Assembly (NCBI GenBank): GCA_035353175.1
Contig: DAOPZC010000009.1
Span: 27,304-91,303 of the forward strand
Length of the DNA: 64,000 nucleotides
Reading direction: 5' to 3'
DNA from: Kiritimatiellia bacterium
GTDB taxonomy: Bacteria; Verrucomicrobiota; Kiritimatiellia; RFP12; UBA1067
In this document: in pieces, positions 8,946-18,561 of the stretch
Layout: each line of letters opens with the position of its first letter
Numbering within the stretch: position 1 is the first letter of the stretch
Notes under the pieces: model-generated
What the model was told of the DNA's origin: nothing
Seen by the model: only the letters and a program-made list of their open reading frames with translations
The model's database searches: none
Position numbers and translations under genes: made by a program

Positions 8946-9332
8946 ATGAAAAGCTTTGATGTTCAAACCAATGGGCATGCCCAGTTCGTGAACATAACGG
9001 ACCAGGTTCAGAAGGCGGTCCAGGCGCTGGGCGTCACCGACGGAGTTGTGACGGTGTTTACGCCGCACACCACGTGCGGGGTGACCATCAACGAGAACGA
9101 GGATCCCCACGTGGTGGAGGATCTCCTCCGTCTGCTCGACGCGATGGCGCCGTGGAAGAATCCGGCCTATACCCATGCGGGCGGCAATACCGCCGCGCAC
9201 ATGAAAACCTCGCTGATCGGCTCGTCTGTGCAGGTGATCGTGGCGTACGGCAACATTCAGCTCGGCATGTGGCAGGGCCTCTATCTCTGCGAATTCGACG
9301 GTCCGCGCATCCGTCACGTATGGGTCCAGTAA
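8946..9332 (+). CDS. YjbQ/UPF0047-family protein (secondary thiamine-phosphate synthase-like)
   Basis: 128 aa. Conserved TTCGVTINENEDP ... HMKTSLIGSS motifs typical of the YjbQ family. Confidence 0.75.
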   Translation: MKSFDVQTNGHAQFVNITDQVQKAVQALGVTDGVVTVFTPHTTCGVTINENEDPHVVEDLLRLLDAMAPWKNPAYTHAGGNTAAHMKTSLIGSSVQVIVAYGNIQLGMWQGLYLCEFDGPRIRHVWVQ

Positions 9333-9354
9333 GGGGAGAGGCCGAGGGCCTGTC

Positions 9355-10460
9355 TTAAGGGGAGGCGTCGCGCCATACCTCGTCGTACACCGCGAGGGTT
9401 TTCGTCACCATCTGGTCGAGCGAGAACCGGGCGAGAATGTCTTCCCGCAGGCCGGAGAACGCGGCGGTTGACGCCCGCACCAGCCGGTCGGCGAGCTGCG
9501 CCTCGTCGCCCGGCTCGACCAGCCACCCGTTGAAGCCCTCGCGGACGATGTCCAGGGCGCCTCCGAAGCGCGTTGCGATCACCGGGCACCCCATCGCCAG
9601 CGCCTCGGCCATCGAGCGCCCGAACGACTCGGGCTTGGCGCGGTTGCCGGAGACGAGCACGTGGCCGCAGGCGTAAATCTCGGCGACTTTGCTCTGGCTG
9701 CCCGCGAAGGCGACGTGGCCGCCCAAGCCCAGTTCAGCCACCAGCTTCCGCAGCGCCTGCTCGTGGCCGGCGCGCGTCGCCTCCGCGCCGCCCACGATCA
9801 CGGTCTTGATCCGCGGGTTTGTCGCGCGCGCCAGGGCCGTGGCCCGGATGAGCGCGTCGTAGCCCTTGAGCGGCGTGATGCGTCCGACGCCCAGCACCAC
9901 GAAGCGCCCCTCCAGCCCATGGCGGCTCCGGAAGTCCGCCATGAACGCCGCGTCGAGCCGCGCCGGATCGAAGAGCTGCGGGTCGATGCCGCGCGGCACG
10001 AGCCGGATCTTTTCCGGGGGCGTCCCGTAGTGCTCGCGGATGTAGTCCACGACGGAGGTGCTGGGGCAGATCACCCGCTGGCCCGCGGTCATGATCCGGC
10101 TGTAGGCGCTCACGCTGTTGAAGCCGTGGACCGTGGAGACGAAGGGCAGCCGCAGGGGGCGGTTGGCCAGCACGAAGAGCCAGCCCGGCACGCGGCTGCG
10201 GTAGTGCACCAGGTCCGGCCTCAGGGCTTTGAGCGCGCGGCGCAGGGCCAGCACCCGCTGCGGGACCGTGAGCGGATTCTTCGATTTCACGTCCAGCGTC
10301 AGGTGCCGTCCGCCGTCGCGCTCGACCGTCCCGGCCAAGTGTCCGCCGCTGGAGATGACGGTGCTGACGAGGCCGCGCCTGACGAATTCGCGGTTGAGCT
10401 CGACGGTGCCCCGCTCGACGCCGCCCTCCTCGAGCGCCGGAAGGATCTGGAGAATGTGCA
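9355..10460 (-). CDS. Glycosyltransferase family 4 (GT-B, GT1/GT4 superfamily)
   Basis: Start taken at MHILQILPALEEGGVE, the typical GT4 N-terminus. C-terminal E-x7-E region (GSQSKVAEIY...ESFGRSMAEALAMGCPVIATRFGG). The start position is uncertain within 2 nt. Confidence 0.8.
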
Positions 10461-10751
10461 TGCCGGGTATGATACAGGGTTTGGGGGGCGGGGGGCAAGG
10501 TGTCGCGTGGCTCAAGGATGGGAACGGGCGTGATTCAACTGTGTTGCATCCACACCCGAAGGAGAAATATGGGCGGAGAAGTGAGGAGTTCCAACACCTC
10601 GGAGACGAAGAGCGCGTACGATACGCATTTCACCGTCGCAATACTTGACTTCCCGCATGAGAAATCACAGAATGAAACGAATTTTTGTCGCATCAAGCGG
10701 GTAACGATGTGATATGTCCAAAGACGGGGGTCGTGAAAGGAAGTCCGAGTC

Positions 10752-13700
10752 ATGAGCGTATGGCGATGGGGAACGGTTCTTTTGATTTCTGCGGTATTTT
10801 CGGCGCAGGCGATTGAGTCGAACGGCGTGCTGCTTGTCGAAGTGAAGGCGTCGTCGCTTTCCGGTCTGGGAAACAATGCGGCGGTGGCGGCGTGGGCCAA
10901 TACGGGAACGCTGGGTGGGAATTTCGTGCCGGCGGTCAGCGGGCAGGGCGCGGTCTATCAGGACAGCGTCGGGGGCGCGCCGGCCGTGACGTTCGCGGCG
11001 TCGGCGAACTCGATCATGACCAACACCGTGCCGCCGCCTTCGTCTATTCTGAGCAACAACATCTGGAGTGCGGAGATCTGGGTGCTCAACCCGAGCCTGC
11101 AAGGCGCGGAAGACCAGTTCGCGTGGACCGACCGCGAGAACTGGACCGGGTCTGCGGACGGCACGTGCATGGAGATCCGCTACTGCGCCGACACCGCGAA
11201 CGCGGTGGAGCATCATAACGGCACCTGCAATATCCCCTGGACCAACTCGCTTCCTACGGCCGGCGTGTGGCACCACATCGCCGTCACGCGCTCGGCGGAC
11301 GGCTCCGAGCGCCTCTATGCCGACGGCGTGCTGTGCACGACCAAGACGCCGGCGGTGAGCAACCTGCGCGGCGGCGCGCCGTTCGCGATGGGCGGCGTGT
11401 GGAACCGGGCCACGAATGATTGGCAGATGCTCTTCAGCGGCTCGCTGGCACAGGTGCGCGTGCACAGCGGCACCCTGAGCGGGGCGCAGGTCCTCAGCAA
11501 CTTCCTGGAAGAGCGCGAGACCTACCATGCGATCTGGAACGGCGCGCCGGGAACGGAACAGGCGTGGGAGAACAGCGCCAACTGGCTCTCGAACAACGCG
11601 GCCGAAAGCGGCTCGACGGCATGGATCACGAACGGGGGCTTCGCCGTCCTCTCCGGCGACCTGTCGCTGAACCATCTCTATCCGACGGCGGGTGGACTTG
11701 CCGTGAGGAACGGCGCCAAGCTGACGCTCGAAGGTGCCGACAACGTCTACATGGCAAGCACGAACAATTTCGCCCTGAGCGTCGAGGACGGCCTTTTCGC
11801 CATAAACGGCAACGGGACAACGAATCTTTACATGGGCCAGTTCGGCGGCGACGCGGCCGTCACGGTCGGGGTTTCCGGGGCCTCGGCGACACTTGAGGTG
11901 CCCCGCGACACGGTTCTGGCGAACAGCAGCGGCAGCGCGGGCGCGATGACGGTCGGCCCTGGCGGCGGCGTGTACAACTCCAACGGCTGGTTCTATGTGG
12001 CGAACAACGTCGGCGCGCAGGGAGCGTTGACGGTCAACGGCGGCACGCTCGGGTTCCGCACGGCGGACAAAGCCTTCGTCGTGAACGCGAACGGCGCGCG
12101 CGGCGAGGTGACGGTCAACAGCGGCGCAATCAGCGCGACCGGTGATTTCAAATGGTCCAACGGCACCGCGAACAACACATCTTACGGCAAGGCTCAGCTC
12201 AACGGCGGCACGGTCGAAGGCAAGCGGTTCTTCGCCGACAGCACGGCGGGCACGAACCTGCTCTATCTGAACGGCGGCACGGTCAAGGCCCGGGTCTCGG
12301 CCAGCGATTTCCTGTACAACCTTACGGGCGCATATGTCCAGAACGGCGGCGCGGTTTTCGAAATTCCGGCGGGCGCGACGGTGACGGCCGCGCAGGCGCT
12401 GCTGGCGGACGCCGGCAGCACGGGCGGCCTGACGAAACTCGGCGCGGGCCGCATCACCTTCGCGGGAACCAATACGTTTACGGGGGCGCTCGACGTGCAA
12501 GGCGGCGACCTCTTCTTCAGCCACGTCAGCGGACTCGCCGCCGGCTTTGGCGGCGCGGTGTCGGTGGCCAACGGGGGGTCCATCGGCTACAATACGGTCG
12601 GCGGCGCGTCGCTGCTGAACGGCTTGTTGACGGCCGGCTCCTCGGGCTACCTGACGCTCTGTCCCAGCAACGCGGCGGACAGCGTGACGTTCGCCGCGCT
12701 GCCCAACATGAAGCTCGCCTTCCAGGGGCTCGCCCGCTACACCGGCACGTTCACGCCCTATCAGAACCAGTACGTCTTCGAAGTCGAAGGGACGACGGTG
12801 ACCAACGGCGCGACGTTGGCGGACGGCGCGACGAACGGCCACCTGAGCGTGACCGGCGTTTCGGGCGGCGGAATGGTGCTGACCGGCAACAACACGTATA
12901 GCGGCGGCACGGAGGTCGACGCGGCGACGGTGACGCTCGGCCACGCCAACGCGCTCGGCGTGCAGGCCCAGCCCGGTTCGCCGGACATCATCCTGCGCAA
13001 CGGCGCGTCGCTGCGCTTTGTGGCGGACATGGATATCAACGCGCTGGTGACCGGCCGCCTGGACACCGCCTCCAACGGTATCCTGCTGGTGGGCGCGGCC
13101 AACGCGGCCAAGAGCATCGATCTCAGCCGCCACCCCGGGATCGTGGTGGGCTCCGCCGACGCGAGCCTGGACTACACCGGTACGCTCACGCTTTCGCCTG
13201 CGAGCGACGCCTATCGCCTCGGCGGCGGCAGCCCGACGTACAACGGCACGCCGAACCGCGGCTTCTCGGTCAACAACCTCACGGACGGCACCGAGGCCCG
13301 CAAGGTGGTGATCGGAACGCCTGGCCTTGTGGAGCTCAAGGCCGGCAACTCCTACTCCGGCGGAACCGTCGTCACGAACCGCGGCGTCCTCTTCATCAAG
13401 GAAGACGGCCTGGGCGCGGTCCCGGCCACGCCCGAGGCGGGGGCCGATAACCTCTATGTGAGCAACGGCGTGGTCCGCGCCGGCAACGCGAACTTCACGC
13501 TGCCTCCTAACCGCGGCATCCACGTCGCGGCAGGAACCGGCGGCATGGAGCTCCACCCGTGGGGCGGTTACTCGATGACGGTGGCGGGCAATCTCTCCGG
13601 CTCCGGCCCGATCACGGTGACGGACACCGGCTGGGTCACCTTCGGCGGCGCGGCCAACACGTACAGCGGCCTGCTGGACATCAGCGGCGGCCGCAACATC

Positions 13701-16700
13701 CGCATCGGCGACGGCGCGAACTTCAGCTGGTCGCCGTCCGGCACCTTCACGCTCAACGGCATGCTGGCGCTCAAGAGCGACGGCTCGGTGGCGTTCAGCA
13801 ACGCGCTCGCCGGCGCCGGCTCGCTGCGCAAGGAGGGCGCGGGCGATCTGACGCTTGCCGGAGCGAAAACGTACGGCGGCGTCACCTATGTCGACGCCGG
13901 CTCGCTCAAGGTCGCGGCCACCAACGTGCTGCCGCGCGGCGCGGGCAAAGGCGTGGTGCAGATCGCGGCGGGCGCGGGGCTCGAGGCCAACGGCGCCGAT
14001 CTGCTGGTCGGCGGCCTGCAGGGCGCGGGCGCGGTGGCGAACGGGCCCGCCACGCCGGCGACGCTCTACGTCGGTGAGACCAACGTCAACGCGACGTTCG
14101 GCGGCGCGGTCGATCCTTCGCTCACACTGGTCAAGATCGGCGCGGGCAAACAGGCGCTCACCAACGCGGTCGGCGCGGCGGCCGATGTCGAGGTCCAGGC
14201 GGGCACGCTGGAGCTCTTCGGCGCGGCGGCGGTCACCGGCACCGTGACGCTTGCCGGCGGCACGCTCGGCGTGACCTACGGCGGCAACGGCCTGACGGGC
14301 AGGTACTATCAGCTGGCTGTGCCGCCGGTCACGAGCGACTTCGTCTCGTATGCGGCGGTCACCAACTTCCTGAACGGCAAGACGCCGTCGGTGGTCAGCA
14401 ACAGCCTCGCTTTCGGCGCGACCTTCAATCCCGGCGTCAGCTCGGCCGGCAACCAGACCGGCGCGCGCTTCCCGGCGCCGTTCAACGCCTATAACACGAG
14501 CAACTTCGCGGTGCTCTGGTCGGGCCTCTTCTTTGCGCCCGTGGCGGGCGACTACGGCTTCGCGACCGCCAGCGACGACGGCAGCATGGTTTTCATCGAC
14601 GGCCAGACGGCGCTCAACAACAACGCCATGCAGAGCTACACGGCGGCGGAAAGCAACACGGTCGGCACGGTGACGCTCGCGGCGGGCCTGCACCAGATCG
14701 ACATCGCCTACTACGAGGCGGGCGGCGACCAGGGCGTGACCGTGTGGGTCAAACAGCCGGGCGCGGCCTCCGTGGCGGAGCTGCCGCAGTCGCTGCTCTT
14801 CACCGGGCTCGACACGGGCGCCGCGCGGATCGGCGCGCTGGCCGGCAGCAAGGGGCGCGTCGCGTTCGCGGCGGCCGGCCTGCCCGAGCTGCGAGTCACC
14901 GGCGAGGGCGACATGGCCTACGGGGGCGCGATCCTCGGATCGAACGCGCTCAGCCGCCTGGTCAAGGAGGGCAGCGGCACGCTGGCGCTCTCCTCGCCGC
15001 AGAGCGATTTCTACGGGGTGCTGGATATCCGGGCGGGCGTGCTGGCGCTGACTAACGGGCCTGCCACGCTCGGCACGCTGTCCATGGCGGAAGGCGTCCG
15101 CGCGAACGTGTCGGGCCTCGCCGGGCTGAACATGTGGTTCTACAACCGCTCGGCGTCCGACGCCAACTACAGCGAGTTTCAATCCCTGGCCGCATGGGAG
15201 TCCTATGTCAGCGAGTTCTTCTCGGGCGGCCCGGGCTATGTCACCAACTCGCTGGTGCTCGGTGCCAATCTGGACACCGGCGCGTCGGGCGAGTACTGGC
15301 CCGCGCCCTACAAGCAGTCGGGCGGCTCCGAGGCCGACACCTATGACGCCTACCTCTTCGGCCGCATCTATCTGGACCGTTCGGGCACCTATACCTTCGC
15401 GACGGCCAGCGACGACGGCAGCATGCTCTACATCGACCGGACGCTGGTCGTGAACAACGGCTATGACCAGGGCGTGACGACGCGTTCCGGCACGATCGCG
15501 CTGACCGCCGGTTTCCACACCATCGACATCCTCTACCGCGAGAACACGGGCGGCAACGCGCTGCGCGTGTCCATCGGCTACCCGGGCCAGGCGCTCACGC
15601 TGATGCCGCAGTCGATCCTCTTCGGCGGCGCCGCGCTGCGCGGGCTCGCGGGCGAAGCGGGCAGCGTCGTGAGTCTGCTCCCCGACGCCTTGCTGGTGCT
15701 GGACCAGAACGCGGACACGCGACATGCGGGCGCGATTGCGGGCGACGCCTCGACGAGCGTTCAGAAGAACGGCGCCGGCACGCTGACGTTGACCGACGAG
15801 AACGACGGTTTCGCGGGCTTGTACCGGATCGTCACCGGCGCGCTTCGCGTCGGTGACGGCGGCGCGACCGGCGCGCTCGGGCCGGCCGCTTCGGTGCGGA
15901 TCGAGGCGGCGGGCACGCTGGTCTTCGACCGCGCGGGAACGGTGACGGTGAGCGGCCCGCTGGCCGGCACCGGCCGGATCGTGCTGGACGGACCGGGCGA
16001 GGTCTATGTGACGTCGACCAACGCCTTCGCCGGCACCGTGGTCATCAACGACGGGCGGCTGACGTTCGCGCCCGGCGCGACGCTGGGCCCGGCGGCCGTG
16101 GTGACCAACGCGGCCACGCTCGAGGTCGAGACCGCGGGGACGCGGCTGCAGAGCGGCGTCATGGCGGGCCTCGCGGGCAGCGGCGACCTCGCGGTGAGCG
16201 GGACCGGCACGCTGGCGCTGAACAACAGCAACGCCGACTTCACGGGCACGACGCACGTGTTCACCGGCGTGACGGTGCGCGTGTCGCGGCCTGCCAACCT
16301 GGGCGGCCTCGGCGACGTGGCGCTCGACGGCGGCACGCTGGCCGTGCTGCCCGACGTCGAGCAGGGCACGAACGTGATGGTCTCCGCGCTGGACACGAAC
16401 ACCTGGAAGCGGAACGGCGCGGCGGTGTGGACCAATCGCTACGACAGCCAGTGGCTGCAGCTCACGCCGAACACCGGCAGCCAGGCCGGCAGCGCCTTCT
16501 GCACCAACCGGGTCGGATGCAGCGCGCCTTGGTACGCGGTCTTCCGCTATGAGGTCGGTGCCCATTCGGCCGGGGCCGCGGACGGTGTTTCCTTCGTCCT
16601 GCAGAACGACACGGACGGCGCGTCCGCGCTCGGCGCCAACGGCGGGCAGTTGGGGGTCGACACCATCGCGCCGTCGATCGGCGTGTTCATCAACATCTAT

Positions 16701-17513
16701 AACACGCCGTCGGTGGGCTGGATCGTCAACGGTTCGAGGGTCGATGCGGTGACGGCGCTCAACGGCATCATCCCGCTCAACGGCATGGACGTGGCGCTCT
16801 CGTATGATGGCGTGGCGTTGAAGCTGACGCTGACCCAGGGCGAGAACACCTACACCGCCACGCGCGCGGTGGACCTTGCGGCGACCTTCGGCGGGAGCCC
16901 GGTGTACGTCGGGTTCACCGGCGGCACGGGCGGCGCCACGGCGCAGCAGTTCGTCGGCAACTTCTCGATGTACGACGCGGTGCCGACCTCGACCGACTTC
17001 GGCAACACGTTGGCCGTCGCCGACGGTTTGACGGGCAACCTCGCCGCCAGCGTGGTCAGCGACGACCTCTCGATCGGCTTTGCGGGCCTGAACCTCGGCG
17101 CAGGGGCGGCGCTCAACATCACCGCCGGCGTCGGCTCCAGGGCGAACACCGGCTATACGGTCGCGGTCAGCAACCTGACGGTCGCGGCCGGCACCGGCAC
17201 GGTGCATGTGGCGGCCAACGGCGCGGCCGCCGGCGTGCTGGGGCTTGACCGGCTCACGCTCGGCAGCGGCGCGCGGCTGGTCGTCACTGGCGCGGTCTCG
17301 GTGCCCGGCGGCGTCTTGACGGTCGTCGTTCCGACGCCGGTGCCGCAGGGCGTCACCCACCTCGCCGACTTCACCGGCGCGACGTGGGTCGGCGGTCAGC
17401 CGACCATCGTGCTGGTGGACGCGGCGGGCAACCCGATCGACGCGACGGTCACGCTGCACAACGGCCTGCTCTACATCAACACCGTTCAGGGCACGGTCAT
17501 CCGGATCCGGTAA
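10752..17513 (+). CDS. Giant secreted multidomain surface protein (2253 aa): N-terminal LamG/concanavalin-like domain, autotransporter-associated beta-strand (beta-helix) repeats, two PA14 domains, C-terminal legume-lectin-like domain
   Basis: Signal peptide MSVWRWGTVLLISAVFSAQA|IE. LamG-like region (WHHIAVTRSADGSERLYADGVL). Many GGTV/NGGTL/GAGxLTLxG beta-helix repeats. PA14-like segments (GDYGFATASDDGSMVFIDG and GTYTFATASDDGSMLYIDR). Lectin-like C-terminal region (VSFVLQNDTDGASALGANGGQLGV). RBS gaaaggaag upstream of the start. Confidence 0.85.
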   Translation: MSVWRWGTVLLISAVFSAQAIESNGVLLVEVKASSLSGLGNNAAVAAWANTGTLGGNFVPAVSGQGAVYQDSVGGAPAVTFAASANSIMTNTVPPPSSILSNNIWSAEIWVLNPSLQGAEDQFAWTDRENWTGSADGTCMEIRYCADTANAVEHHNGTCNIPWTNSLPTAGVWHHIAVTRSADGSERLYADGVLCTTKTPAVSNLRGGAPFAMGGVWNRATNDWQMLFSGSLAQVRVHSGTLSGAQVLSNFLEERETYHAIWNGAPGTEQAWENSANWLSNNAAESGSTAWITNGGFAVLSGDLSLNHLYPTAGGLAVRNGAKLTLEGADNVYMASTNNFALSVEDGLFAINGNGTTNLYMGQFGGDAAVTVGVSGASATLEVPRDTVLANSSGSAGAMTVGPGGGVYNSNGWFYVANNVGAQGALTVNGGTLGFRTADKAFVVNANGARGEVTVNSGAISATGDFKWSNGTANNTSYGKAQLNGGTVEGKRFFADSTAGTNLLYLNGGTVKARVSASDFLYNLTGAYVQNGGAVFEIPAGATVTAAQALLADAGSTGGLTKLGAGRITFAGTNTFTGALDVQGGDLFFSHVSGLAAGFGGAVSVANGGSIGYNTVGGASLLNGLLTAGSSGYLTLCPSNAADSVTFAALPNMKLAFQGLARYTGTFTPYQNQYVFEVEGTTVTNGATLADGATNGHLSVTGVSGGGMVLTGNNTYSGGTEVDAATVTLGHANALGVQAQPGSPDIILRNGASLRFVADMDINALVTGRLDTASNGILLVGAANAAKSIDLSRHPGIVVGSADASLDYTGTLTLSPASDAYRLGGGSPTYNGTPNRGFSVNNLTDGTEARKVVIGTPGLVELKAGNSYSGGTVVTNRGVLFIKEDGLGAVPATPEAGADNLYVSNGVVRAGNANFTLPPNRGIHVAAGTGGMELHPWGGYSMTVAGNLSGSGPITVTDTGWVTFGGAANTYSGLLDISGGRNIRIGDGANFSWSPSGTFTLNGMLALKSDGSVAFSNALAGAGSLRKEGAGDLTLAGAKTYGGVTYVDAGSLKVAATNVLPRGAGKGVVQIAAGAGLEANGADLLVGGLQGAGAVANGPATPATLYVGETNVNATFGGAVDPSLTLVKIGAGKQALTNAVGAAADVEVQAGTLELFGAAAVTGTVTLAGGTLGVTYGGNGLTGRYYQLAVPPVTSDFVSYAAVTNFLNGKTPSVVSNSLAFGATFNPGVSSAGNQTGARFPAPFNAYNTSNFAVLWSGLFFAPVAGDYGFATASDDGSMVFIDGQTALNNNAMQSYTAAESNTVGTVTLAAGLHQIDIAYYEAGGDQGVTVWVKQPGAASVAELPQSLLFTGLDTGAARIGALAGSKGRVAFAAAGLPELRVTGEGDMAYGGAILGSNALSRLVKEGSGTLALSSPQSDFYGVLDIRAGVLALTNGPATLGTLSMAEGVRANVSGLAGLNMWFYNRSASDANYSEFQSLAAWESYVSEFFSGGPGYVTNSLVLGANLDTGASGEYWPAPYKQSGGSEADTYDAYLFGRIYLDRSGTYTFATASDDGSMLYIDRTLVVNNGYDQGVTTRSGTIALTAGFHTIDILYRENTGGNALRVSIGYPGQALTLMPQSILFGGAALRGLAGEAGSVVSLLPDALLVLDQNADTRHAGAIAGDASTSVQKNGAGTLTLTDENDGFAGLYRIVTGALRVGDGGATGALGPAASVRIEAAGTLVFDRAGTVTVSGPLAGTGRIVLDGPGEVYVTSTNAFAGTVVINDGRLTFAPGATLGPAAVVTNAATLEVETAGTRLQSGVMAGLAGSGDLAVSGTGTLALNNSNADFTGTTHVFTGVTVRVSRPANLGGLGDVALDGGTLAVLPDVEQGTNVMVSALDTNTWKRNGAAVWTNRYDSQWLQLTPNTGSQAGSAFCTNRVGCSAPWYAVFRYEVGAHSAGAADGVSFVLQNDTDGASALGANGGQLGVDTIAPSIGVFINIYNTPSVGWIVNGSRVDAVTALNGIIPLNGMDVALSYDGVALKLTLTQGENTYTATRAVDLAATFGGSPVYVGFTGGTGGATAQQFVGNFSMYDAVPTSTDFGNTLAVADGLTGNLAASVVSDDLSIGFAGLNLGAGAALNITAGVGSRANTGYTVAVSNLTVAAGTGTVHVAANGAAAGVLGLDRLTLGSGARLVVTGAVSVPGGVLTVVVPTPVPQGVTHLADFTGATWVGGQPTIVLVDAAGNPIDATVTLHNGLLYINTVQGTVIRIR

Positions 17514-17668
17514 CGCCGAAGCTCCCGGCTCCCGGTCGTCGCACGCGGCGGCGCGGGAGCGCCGCCCTGCCTCGTCGGCCGCCCGATCGGCAGCGTCATC
17601 GGCGATACCCGTGACCGGTCTTCAGCGGCCTGTCGCGCGGCGGGCAAACGCGTCCCCCGCCCAGCCGT

Positions 17669-18353
17669 TTATCTCCGCATGAACCTCCACGCGCAAAAGC
17701 CCAGCAGAAGGAGCGCCGGCAAAACGAAGACCGCATAATGGCCGGGGCCGCGCTTCGAGCCGTCCGCCGTTTGGGGGCCAGCGCCTGTGTTTTCCCGAAC
17801 GGCCTCCGCCGCGCCGTCCGCCGGAAACTCAGGCTGGGGCAGGGAGAAATCGGTTGATTCGAGGACCGCAAGGTTCGTGTTGATGTTTGTGGTTAGGCGC
17901 CTTTTTTGGAGCACTTTCTGTTGTTCTAAGAGCCATGGCATGGCCGTTTCATCCCCCTTGCATAGCGAAGGGGAGTTGATGAGCCTGAGCAATATGGCAA
18001 ACCGCTGATGCGAATCGGCATAGTGATGACTGAGTTCACAAAGTATATTGTCGTAAACGCGGAAGAGCCATTTATTGTCTTCCCTTGCCAACGCAGTTCA
18101 GTTCCAGTCCACCCGTGTTGTTCGCGTAGGAACACATCTGATCAAACATGCCATCATTTCCGATCTCAAAGCAATCGGAATGGTCTGTTAGAGGAATGAC
18201 GTCCGCCAGCGTGAAGGTTACGGACACCTGGCGGAAGATGCGGTTCGCCTCGGCGATCCAAGCGGAGACGGTGTCCGGGCTGACCGCCGCACCATCCCGC
18301 GCGGGATGACAGGGCCGCCGGTCTGAAACGCCATGTCGGACCAAGCGCGCCAT
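17669..18353 (-). pseudogene. Possible frameshifted or decayed gene inside a low-GC island. The C-terminal fragment ends in a TM helix followed by an Arg-rich tail
   Basis: Two minus-strand ORFs in different frames overlap by 20 nt (18072..18353 and 17669..18091). GC is clearly lower than in the flanks. The downstream fragment ends ...GPGHYAVFVLPALLLLGFCAWRFMRR (a hydrophobic helix followed by RR, with no PEP motif). No homolog recognised. Confidence 0.3.
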
Positions 18354-18561
18354 GTTTCGAAGGGTACTCTGTCACCCGCACCAAAACAAGCCTGCCTGCA
18401 TGTCCGGATATGCCGCGGGCGCAAGGCGGTTCTATGGGGGTCGTTGATTCGTAATCGTAATCTTGCTCGTAATCATAATCGTGCAACAGAACTGCCAAGA
18501 GCCCGAACGGACGCGAACGCGCCCTTCCATCCGTCTCCCGACGCTGTTAAACTAACGCGCG

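Noticed and set aside
10665-17459. 2264-aa minus-strand ORF antisense to the giant LamG/PA14 gene
   Set aside because: Arg/Ala/Gly-rich low-complexity translation, typical of antisense frames in high-GC DNA. The plus-strand frame has a signal peptide and recognisable LamG/PA14/lectin motifs.
17514-17590. Possible terminator hairpin (gctcccg ... cgggagc) after the giant LamG/PA14 gene
   Set aside because: Long 19-nt loop and no downstream T-tract. Too weak to call.
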